Of a stretch of DNA of 7,486 nucleotides, positions 1 to 5,221 are shown one piece after another; position 1 is the first letter of the stretch; every line of letters starts with the position of its first letter. Below the pieces are notes generated by a model. That model did not search any database and was not told the origin of the DNA. It worked only from the letters and a program-made list of their open reading frames with translations. The stretch lies in IMG/VR virus record IMGVR_UViG_2540341028_000010, one strand, 5' to 3'. The DNA is from a virus. Its lineage: Duplodnaviria; Heunggongvirae; Uroviricota; Caudoviricetes. The position numbers and the translations under genes are program-made.

Positions 1-20
1 CCCGGCAATTCAACATTTCA

Positions 21-526
21 TTATTTTAATAACCGCACCCGGCACGTTTTTCCTTTAATCTTCCCGCCCTGTAACTGTTTCCATGCTTTATGAGCAACAG
101 CCTGACGGACCGCGACATAGACATGCGCCGGATGCACGGCGATTTTGCCAATATCTGCGCCATCAAGCCCGATATCTCCTGTCAGTGCACCTAATACATC
201 ACCCGGGCGCATTTTGGCTTTTTTCCCGCCATCGATACACAACGTTGCCATTTCTGCTTCCAGCGGCACAATGGAACTATTAGCTGGCGGCGTTTGCCAG
301 TTAAGTTTTATCTGCAACATGTCAGAAATGATATTGGCCCGCTGTGCTTCTTCCGGAGCACAGAAACTGATCGCCAGACCGCTATTTCCTGCACGAGCTG
401 TACGGCCGATGCGATGTACATGAACTTCAGGGTCCCACGCCAGCTCAAAGTTCACCACCAGCTCAAGCGATTTAATATCCAGACCACGCGCAGCAACATC
501 AGTCGCAACCAGTACACGGGCGCTAC
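21..526 (-). pseudogene. dbpA: 3' portion (~168 codons) of ATP-dependent RNA helicase DbpA gene; 5' part removed/displaced by IS insertion
   Basis: Minus-strand frame is open and continuous from 526 down to the stop at 21-23. Translation ...[46 protein letters not shown]... contains DEAD-box motif VI ([10 protein letters not shown]) followed by a C-terminal RNA-binding-like region. The reading frame runs straight into the IS terminal repeat that begins at 527. Assignment to dbpA is from recalled sequence, not a search. Confidence 0.8.
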
Positions 527-551
527 TGAACCGCCCCGGGAATCCTGGAGA
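527..551 (+). repeat. Left terminal inverted repeat of IS629-like element
   Basis: tgaaccgccccgggaatcctggaga; reverse complement of 1813-1837 with 2 mismatches; first 14 bp perfect. Confidence 0.8.
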
Positions 552-580
552 CTAAACTTCCTGAGAAAGAGGTAAACAGG

Positions 581-907
581 ATGACTAAAAATACTCGTTT
601 TTCCCCCGAAGTCCGTCAGAGGGCGATTCGTATGGTTCTGGAAAGTCAGGGCGAATATGACTCACAGTGGGCGGCAATTTGTTCCATTGCCCCAAAGATT
701 GGCTGTACACCGGAGACTCTGCGTGTCTGGGTACGCCAGCATGAGCGGGATACCGGAGGCGGTGATGGCGGGCTCACCACCGCTGAACGTCAGCGTCTGA
801 AAGAGCTGGAACGTGAAAATCGTGAACTGCGCCGCAGTAACGATATCCTTCGCCAGGCTTCCGCTTATTTTGCGAAGGCGGAGTTCGACCGCCTCTGGAA
901 AAAGTGA
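581..907 (+). CDS. IS3-family transposase OrfA (HTH DNA-binding subunit), 108 aa
   Basis: ATG at 581 preceded by a purine-rich SD (aaagaggtaaacagg). Protein [51 protein letters not shown]... has an HTH followed by a leucine-zipper-like C-terminus ([26 protein letters not shown]), typical of IS3 OrfA. Stop at 905-907 lies just after the A5G slippery run. Confidence 0.85.
   Translation: MTKNTRFSPEVRQRAIRMVLESQGEYDSQWAAICSIAPKIGCTPETLRVWVRQHERDTGGGDGGLTTAERQRLKELERENRELRRSNDILRQASAYFAKAEFDRLWKK
899..904 (+). other. Putative programmed -1 ribosomal frameshift window (AAAAAG) at the orfA/orfB overlap of the IS629-like element
   Basis: orfA codons AAA(899-901) AAG(902-904) TGA(905-907); orfB is open in the -1 frame from this point (GTG 904, ATG 907). 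IS3-family elements make an OrfAB fusion by -1 slippage on A-rich heptamers. The run here is G AAA AAG, one A short of the canonical A AAA AAG. Confidence 0.45.
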
Positions 908-1795
908 TGCCACTGCTGGATAAGCTGCGTAAGCTGTACGGGGTCGGACCGGTATGCAGTGAACTACATATTGCCCCGTCAACGTATTACCACTGTCAGC
1001 AACAGCGACATCATCCTGATAAACGCAGTGCCCGTGCGCAGCGCGATGACTGGCTGAAGAAAGAGATACTGCGCGTATACGATGGGAATCATCAGGTATA
1101 CGGTGTGCGTAAAGTCTGGCGTCAGTTGTTACGGGAAGGTATCAGAGTGGCCAGATGCACTGTGGCACGTCTCATGGCGGTTATGGGACTTGCCGGTGTT
1201 CCTCCGGGGTAAAAAGGTCCGTACGACCATCAGCCGGAAAGCCGTTGCCGCAGGCGACCGCGTAAACCGTCAGTTCGTGGCAGAACGACCTGACCAGCTG
1301 TGGGTGGCTGATTTTACTTACGTCAGCACATGGCAGGGCTTCGTCTATGTGGCGTTCATTATTGATGTGTTTGCCGGATACATCGTGGGGTGGCGGGTCT
1401 CATCGTCCATGGAAACGACATTCGTGCTGGATGCTCTGGAGCAGGCGTTATGGGCCCGTCGACCGTCCGGCACGGTCCATCACAGTGATAAAGGTTCTCA
1501 GTATGTATCGCTGGCCTACACACAGCGGCTTAAGGAAGCCGGATTACTGGCATCAACAGGAAGTACAGGCGACTCGTATGACAACGCGATGGCGGAGAGC
1601 ATCAATGGTCTTTACAAAGCGGAGGTAATACACCGTAAGAGCTGGAAAAACCGTGCAGAAGTGGAACTGGCCACACTCACGTGGGTGGACTGGTATAATA
1701 ATCGACGATTGCTGGAAAGGCTGGGCCACATCCCTCCGGCAGAAGCAGAAAAAGCTTATTATGCTTCCATCGGAAACGATGATCTGGCAGCCTGA
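904..1795 (+). pseudogene. IS3-family transposase OrfB (DDE integrase-type catalytic subunit), interrupted by a frameshift near 1190-1205
   Basis: The N-terminal part (904-1212, ...YGVRKVWRQLLREGIRVARCTVARLMAVMGLAGV then PPG-stop) and the DDE catalytic part (frame of 1082-1795, ...LRGKKVRTTISRK...RPDQLWVADFTYV...HSDKGSQYVS...DSYDNAMAESINGLYKAEV...) lie in different frames. The switch point is the C-rich run gttcctccgggg around 1193-1203, consistent with a 1-bp indel. Confidence 0.7.
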
Positions 1796-1812
1796 GTTCA
1801 CAGATAAAACAC

Positions 1813-1837
1813 TCTCCAGGAAACCCGGGGCGGTTCA
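1813..1837 (+). repeat. Right terminal inverted repeat of IS629-like element
   Basis: tctccaggaaacccggggcggttca; reverse complement matches 527-551 at 23/25 positions. Confidence 0.8.
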
Positions 1838-2189
1838 GGGTGAGGGTGGTGAAGGCCATCTGAGTTCTTTCTTTGTCCAGACAGATAAAGCCAGTATTAA
1901 TGTTGCATACCATCATACAGTTAATCAACAAAAAGAACTTGGCACGTTTGGCGCATTCGACCATGACTGGCATACGCTTGCATTTAAATTTAAGGGCAGT
2001 AACAGCATTAATGTTACTCCGGTGCTTGATGGTGTGGATGGACAGGCGTTTGACCTGGTGAAATGGGCCAATACTGCTAATGGACTCAACAGGTTTGTCA
2101 TTACGGATATTACAGGTAGTGCAGAAACCTACCCTGTACTTATTGATACGGTGGAAGTTAAAGCAAACAAAGCTGGAGCAGCCGCATAA
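1838..2189 (+). pseudogene. 3' remnant (~116 codons) of an unidentified gene truncated by the IS629-like element; possibly a prophage late-region accessory gene
   Basis: Open frame runs from the IS right end to the stop at 2187-2189, encoding ...DKASINVAYHHTVNQQKELGTFGAFDHDWHTLAFKFKGSNSINVTPVLDGVDGQAFDLVKWANTANGLNRFVITDITGSAETYPVLIDTVEVKANKAGAAA. There is no start codon or RBS of its own; the track ORF 1653-2189 is a chimera that reads out of the IS. Identity not recognised. Confidence 0.4.
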
Positions 2190-2328
2190 TTGCTAAAAAA
2201 AGCCGCCAGCGGCAGGAATGGAAGCTGGCGGAGGTAATCCCAATGGAGAATGTAAAGAAAAGATGCTTTCGTACATTGGTTTTTTAAATGAAAACAATTC
2301 TCATTGTCAACCATAACGGTAAGAAATT

Positions 2329-2511
2329 ATGACATTTATTCATCAGGTGATGCTGTACTTCTGTACGGCGGTCTGTGTGCTGTATCTTCTTTCGGGTGGG
2401 TACAGGGCTGTGCGCGATTTCTGGTGCAGGCAGATTGATAAAAGGGCCGCTGAGAAAATCAGCGCCAGTCAGTCAGCCGGAAGCAAACCCGAAGAACCCG
2501 TTACTCCTTAA
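2329..2511 (+). CDS. Hypothetical small membrane protein (60 aa)
   Basis: ATG at 2329 with a weak purine-rich RBS (ggtaagaaatt). Hydrophobic N-terminal segment (LYFCTAVCVLYLL) followed by a basic/polar tail. Sits in the AT-rich region upstream of the holin. No recognised homology. Confidence 0.3.
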   Translation: MTFIHQVMLYFCTAVCVLYLLSGGYRAVRDFWCRQIDKRAAEKISASQSAGSKPEEPVTP

Positions 2512-2536
2512 CAACCCCTTTCAGCGAGAAAATCCC

Positions 2537-2782
2537 ATGTCAGAAATCACATCCCTGGTCACTGCAGAGGCAGTGAAGGAAGTCCTGCGCTCTGAAGAAG
2601 TCCGGAGCGCACTGAAACAGAAACTTCGCCAGAATCTTGAGTCGCGTCTTGATGCAGAAGTGGATGCCATTCTGGATGAGCTGCTGGGCGTAGCAGCGGT
2701 TCCTGAGCCGGAAGGTATCGCGGGTGACGGGAGTGCTTCAGATGGCGGTGAACCTACACCTGACAGCGACATGATGATGTAA
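2537..2782 (+). CDS. Hypothetical small acidic protein (81 aa)
   Basis: ATG at 2537, 26 nt after the preceding ORF stop. [81 protein letters not shown] is helical-looking with a strongly acidic C-terminus. The long track ORF 2375-2782 probably starts at this internal ATG. Function unknown. Confidence 0.4.
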   Translation: MSEITSLVTAEAVKEVLRSEEVRSALKQKLRQNLESRLDAEVDAILDELLGVAAVPEPEGIAGDGSASDGGEPTPDSDMMM

Positions 2783-2858
2783 GCATGCGCAAGGGACCAT
2801 CGGTGTGTGCCGGTGGTCTTTATATTGTTGTGAGCTTCCGGATTGCGGGAGACGGGGT

Positions 2859-3074
2859 ATGTACCAGATGGAAAAAATCACAACAGGTGTGTCATACACC
2901 ACGTCAGCGGTGGGAACGGGCTACTGGTTCCTGCAGTTGCTGGACAGGTTTTCCCCGTCTCAGTGGGCGGCAATAGGCGTGCTGGGGAGTCTGTTGTTTG
3001 GGCTGCTGACATATCTGACTAACCTGTATTTCAAAATCAGAGAGGACCGTCGTAAGGCGGCGCGGGGAGAGTAA
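2859..3074 (+). CDS. Class II holin (pinholin), phage 21 S-like, 71 aa with dual-start motif
   Basis: [71 protein letters not shown]: two transmembrane segments and the basic C-terminal tail [13 protein letters not shown], closely matching recalled S21/essD/essQ-type holins. Two in-frame ATGs (2859 and 2868, M1 and M4). GGGAG at 2847-2851 lies 7 nt upstream of the first ATG. Confidence 0.8.
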   Translation: MYQMEKITTGVSYTTSAVGTGYWFLQLLDRFSPSQWAAIGVLGSLLFGLLTYLTNLYFKIREDRRKAARGE

Positions 3075-3078
3075 AGCG

Positions 3079-3423
3079 ATGAAGAAAAAATACGAACTGG
3101 TTGTTAAAGGGATAAATAATTACCCGAATAAGATTACTGTTACTGTGGCACTGGAAATTGGTGGGTATCCGTCACTGTTGTTGCCAGATGTGGCGATTAG
3201 TCTTGACCGTACTGAAGATGCCACGCTGGAGTTTTACGAAGCTGAGGCGAAAAAGCAGGCGAAGCAGTTTTTCATGGATGTTGCTGCCGGGTTATGTGAA
3301 GGGGATGGTCCGTTGCCGGAAAAGCGCCCCGTAATTTTAGAGGCGCAGGATGTGTTGATAACCTACAGAGGAAAACTACCGGGAATAATTACTGGTTCTC
3401 TGAAGACTCCACCGCTGGCCTGA
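3079..3423 (+). CDS. DUF1327-like prophage protein (YdfR-like), 114 aa, lying between holin and endolysin
   Basis: ATG at 3079 with SD gggagag 8 nt upstream; starts 4 nt after the holin stop, suggesting translational coupling. Protein MKKKYELVVKGINNYPNKITVTVALEIGGYPSLLLPDVAISL... matches my recollection of the ydfR-type gene found between essQ and rrrQ in Qin-like prophages. Not verified by search. Confidence 0.6.
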   Translation: MKKKYELVVKGINNYPNKITVTVALEIGGYPSLLLPDVAISLDRTEDATLEFYEAEAKKQAKQFFMDVAAGLCEGDGPLPEKRPVILEAQDVLITYRGKLPGIITGSLKTPPLA

Positions 3424-3473
3424 AGACTTAACATATCCAGGGATTTGAAATCGATAAACCCTGATAAATATCC

Positions 3474-4007
3474 ATGAACACCAAAATCAAATACGGCCTG
3501 TCGGCTGCCGTTCTGGCGCTGATTGCCGCAGGTGCGCCTGCGCCTGAAATCCTCGACCAGTTTCTGGATGAAAAGGAAGGTAACCACACCACGGCATACC
3601 GTGATGGCGCGGGTATCTGGACCATCTGCCGCGGTGCCATCCTGGTGGATAGTAAACCTGTCGTCCCGGGCATGAAGTTGTCGAAGGAAAAATGCGACCA
3701 GGTCAACGCCATTGAGCGTGATAAGGCGCTGGCATGGGTGGAGCGCAATATTAAAGTGCCGCTGACCGAACCCCAGAAAGCGGGTATCGCGTCATTTTGT
3801 CCCTATAACATTGGCCCCGGTAAGTGTTTCCCGTCGACGTTTTACAGACGGATTAATGCTGGTGACCGCAGGGGAGCATGCGAAGCGATTCGCTGGTGGA
3901 TTAAGGACGGTGGCAGAGACTGCCGTATCCGCTCAAATAATTGCTACGGTCAGGTATCCCGGCGAGACCAGGAAAGTGCGCTGGCGTGCTGGGACATCGA
4001 CAGATAA
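3474..4007 (+). CDS. SAR endolysin (phage lysozyme, T4-lysozyme-like fold), RrrQ/YdfQ-like, 177 aa
   Basis: N-terminal Gly/Ala-rich weakly hydrophobic segment (LSAAVLALIAAGAPAP), typical of signal-arrest-release endolysins. Catalytic spacing E35-x8-D44-x5-T50 (DEKEGNHTTAYRDGAGIWT) matches the T4 lysozyme E11/D20/T26 pattern. Positioned after the pinholin as in phage 21-type lysis cassettes. Confidence 0.85.
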   Translation: MNTKIKYGLSAAVLALIAAGAPAPEILDQFLDEKEGNHTTAYRDGAGIWTICRGAILVDSKPVVPGMKLSKEKCDQVNAIERDKALAWVERNIKVPLTEPQKAGIASFCPYNIGPGKCFPSTFYRRINAGDRRGACEAIRWWIKDGGRDCRIRSNNCYGQVSRRDQESALACWDIDR

Positions 4008-4096
4008 GCAGAATATTTTGCTGAAAATAAGGCATGAGCACGCGGACGGATAACACGAAATCCTGCGAACTGGCGAAACGTAAGTGAATAAAAGTA

Positions 4097-4136
4097 AAAA
4101 CCCCGTTTGTTGGCACCAGGCGGGGTTTTGTGTTTC
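4097..4136 (+). terminator. Putative rho-independent terminator / hairpin downstream of the endolysin gene
   Basis: aaaaccccg (4097-4105) pairs with cggggtttt (4121-4129) around a 15-nt loop, followed by a T-rich tract (ttgtgtttct). The loop is long, so strength is uncertain. Confidence 0.4.
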
Positions 4137-4162
4137 TGACCTTGAGTAAGGCAAGGGAGAAC

Positions 4163-4345
4163 ATGGCGAAGTATAAACGAATTCTGTTGAGGTTGACCAT
4201 GAAAAACGGCCTTGAACTGAAAGCGCCTGTAACTGATGACATCAGCAGAGCACTGGCTTTTGCCATTAAGTGGGTGGCGGTCGGTGTTGCTGTGTCCCCG
4301 ATGCTGTATGGGCTGGCAAAACTGGTCATTGCGTTGAAATCGTGA
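4163..4345 (+). CDS. Hypothetical small protein (60 aa) with C-terminal hydrophobic/amphipathic segment
   Basis: ATG at 4163 preceded by purine-rich aagggag. MAKYKRILLRLTMKNGLELKAPVTDDISRALAFAIKWVAVGVAVSPMLYGLAKLVIALKS. Located in a ~480-bp insert between the endolysin and Rz genes. Confidence 0.5.
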   Translation: MAKYKRILLRLTMKNGLELKAPVTDDISRALAFAIKWVAVGVAVSPMLYGLAKLVIALKS

Positions 4346-4359
4346 AGGGAGGATTAAGC

Positions 4360-4491
4360 ATGTCAGACAAACTCATAACGCTGGCGAAGATCCTCTGTGT
4401 AATTGTCGGCATTTCATTTTCACTAATGCTGGTTGCTCTTTTTCTTTCCATGGCCTGGATGATGTTGTCTTCGTCGGGGCTGCTGGGGTGA
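4360..4491 (+). CDS. Hypothetical single-pass membrane peptide (43 aa)
   Basis: Strong SD aagggagg 7 nt upstream of ATG 4360. MSDKLITLAKILCVIVGISFSLMLVALFLSMAWMMLSSSGLLG is almost entirely one transmembrane helix. Its stop (4489-4491) overlaps the GTG at 4488 and lies 11 nt before the ATG at 4503 of Rz. Confidence 0.45.
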   Translation: MSDKLITLAKILCVIVGISFSLMLVALFLSMAWMMLSSSGLLG

Positions 4492-4502
4492 ACATAAACC
4501 GA

Positions 4503-4886
4503 ATGCTTTCCGCGTTTACCGTTATTCTGCTGGTGGTCTGTGGTGCGCTGTGGCTGGCAACAGACCATTACCGTGATAACGCCATCACCTACAAAGCGCA
4601 GCGCGATAAAAAAGCCAGAGAGCTGGAGCTGGCAAACGCAACCATTACTGACATGCAGCAGCGCCAGCGTGATGTTGCCGCTGGTCGTAAGCGCCTGCGG
4701 ATCAACGCCACCTGCTCCGGTACCGTGCGTGAAGCCACCGGCACCTCCGGAATGGATAATGCAACCGGCCCCCGACTGGCAGACACCGCTGAACGGGATT
4801 ATTTCACCCTCAGAGAGCGGTTGATGACAATGCAGAAGCAACTGGAAGGGGCGCAGGAATATATCCGCACTCAGTGTATTAACTAG
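4503..4886 (+). CDS. Rz-like i-spanin (inner-membrane spanin subunit), apparently shortened (~127 aa)
   Basis: N-terminal TM (MLSAFTVILLVVCGALWLA) followed by HYRDNAITYKAQRDK... and the conserved C-terminal PRLADTAERDYFTLRERLMTMQKQLEGAQEYIRTQC, matching lambda-type Rz. An alternative GTG start at 4488 is in frame. About 25 residues of the central coiled-coil seem absent relative to recalled lambda Rz. Confidence 0.75.
   Translation: MLSAFTVILLVVCGALWLATDHYRDNAITYKAQRDKKARELELANATITDMQQRQRDVAAGRKRLRINATCSGTVREATGTSGMDNATGPRLADTAERDYFTLRERLMTMQKQLEGAQEYIRTQCIN
4672..4824 (+). CDS. Rz1-like o-spanin embedded in the +1 frame of Rz; signal peptide appears truncated (possibly non-functional)
   Basis: +1 frame encodes MLPLVVSACGSTPPAPVPCVKPPAPPEWIMQPAPDWQTPLNGIISPSESG: the proline-rich mature region and C-terminus match lambda Rz1. 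Only 8 residues precede the lipobox Cys, and the upstream in-frame sequence is polar with no ATG. Confidence 0.45.
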   Translation: MLPLVVSACGSTPPAPVPCVKPPAPPEWIMQPAPDWQTPLNGIISPSESG

Positions 4887-4909
4887 TATTTTTGTTATCC
4901 GGAGAATGC

Positions 4910-5134
4910 ATGAAGAAATTACTGGTAACCGTAAAGCCTTTTCAGGGAACAATTCCGTTCCGTATTTTGCAGCGTGGTCGTGTTCTTGTTGAAGGTTCGT
5001 TCAGTGGTAAATGTACGCAATTACACTCCCGGACCTTTCAGGTGAATGCCACGAATGAAGAGCTAACCGTTGAGTGTACGATGAATGCCGCTAAATGCCG
5101 CATGGTATCCGCTGCATTACAGCCAGTGTGTTGA
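4910..5134 (+). CDS. Hypothetical protein (74 aa) downstream of the spanin genes
   Basis: ATG at 4910 with GGAG 5 nt upstream. MKKLLVTVKPFQGTIPFRILQRGRVLVEGSFSGKCTQLHSRTFQVNATNEELTVECTMNAAKCRMVSAALQPVC. Occupies the post-Rz slot where lambdoid phages often carry accessory genes; no recognised homology. Confidence 0.45.
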   Translation: MKKLLVTVKPFQGTIPFRILQRGRVLVEGSFSGKCTQLHSRTFQVNATNEELTVECTMNAAKCRMVSAALQPVC

Positions 5135-5221
5135 GCGACCTTATTAACCATGCGCGGTATTGTCGCCGTATCCCCGCATTAACAGAGACCGCAGCCTGAG
5201 GTGTACTGGCAATAGCGGACA

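Larger units (their letters stand above)
527..1837 (+). mobile_element. IS3-family insertion sequence, IS629/IS3411-like (about 1311 bp)
   Basis: Terminal inverted repeats: TGAACCGCCCCGGG at 527-540 and its exact reverse complement at 1824-1837 (23/25 identical over 25 bp). TG...CA termini. Internal orfA (581-907) and orfB in the -1 frame overlapping at an A5G run, which is the IS3-family architecture. OrfA and OrfB proteins match recalled IS629 transposase sequences. Confidence 0.85.

Noticed and set aside
83-575. Three plus-strand ORFs (83-283, 145-423, 294-575) inside the dbpA fragment
   Set aside because: They are antisense to a clearly recognisable helicase coding sequence (motif VI on the minus strand), so they are shadow ORFs.
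662-1973. Minus-strand ORFs 662-982, 1553-1801 and 1677-1973, and plus-strand ORF 1347-1628
   Set aside because: They are antisense or out of frame relative to the IS629-like transposase genes, with no independent support.
1653-2189. 178-aa ORF on the plus strand spanning the IS629-like right end and the flanking DNA
   Set aside because: It is a chimeric reading frame that starts inside the IS (antisense/off-frame to the transposase region) and reads through the terminal repeat at 1837 into the flanking gene stub. Only the part from 1838 onward is interpreted, as a truncated gene remnant.
2190-2330. tRNA genes or a Q-dependent late promoter in the AT-rich stretch upstream of the small ORFs
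   Set aside because: No cloverleaf-compatible sequence or convincing -35/-10 pair was found by eye (ttgtca with a poor -10). I cannot support a call without a tRNA scan or promoter mapping.
3363-4329. Minus-strand ORFs 3363-3587, 3428-3748, 3901-4329 and 3933-4154, and plus-strand ORF 3811-4053
   Set aside because: They overlap the DUF1327-like gene, the endolysin or the terminator region antisense or out of frame, and have no start or RBS context.
4326-4952. 208-aa ORF on the minus strand
   Set aside because: It lies antisense to the recognisable Rz/Rz1 genes and the small membrane-peptide ORF, with no RBS context and low-complexity Gly/Ala/Cys-rich translation. Most likely a spurious open frame created by the sense-strand coding sequence.
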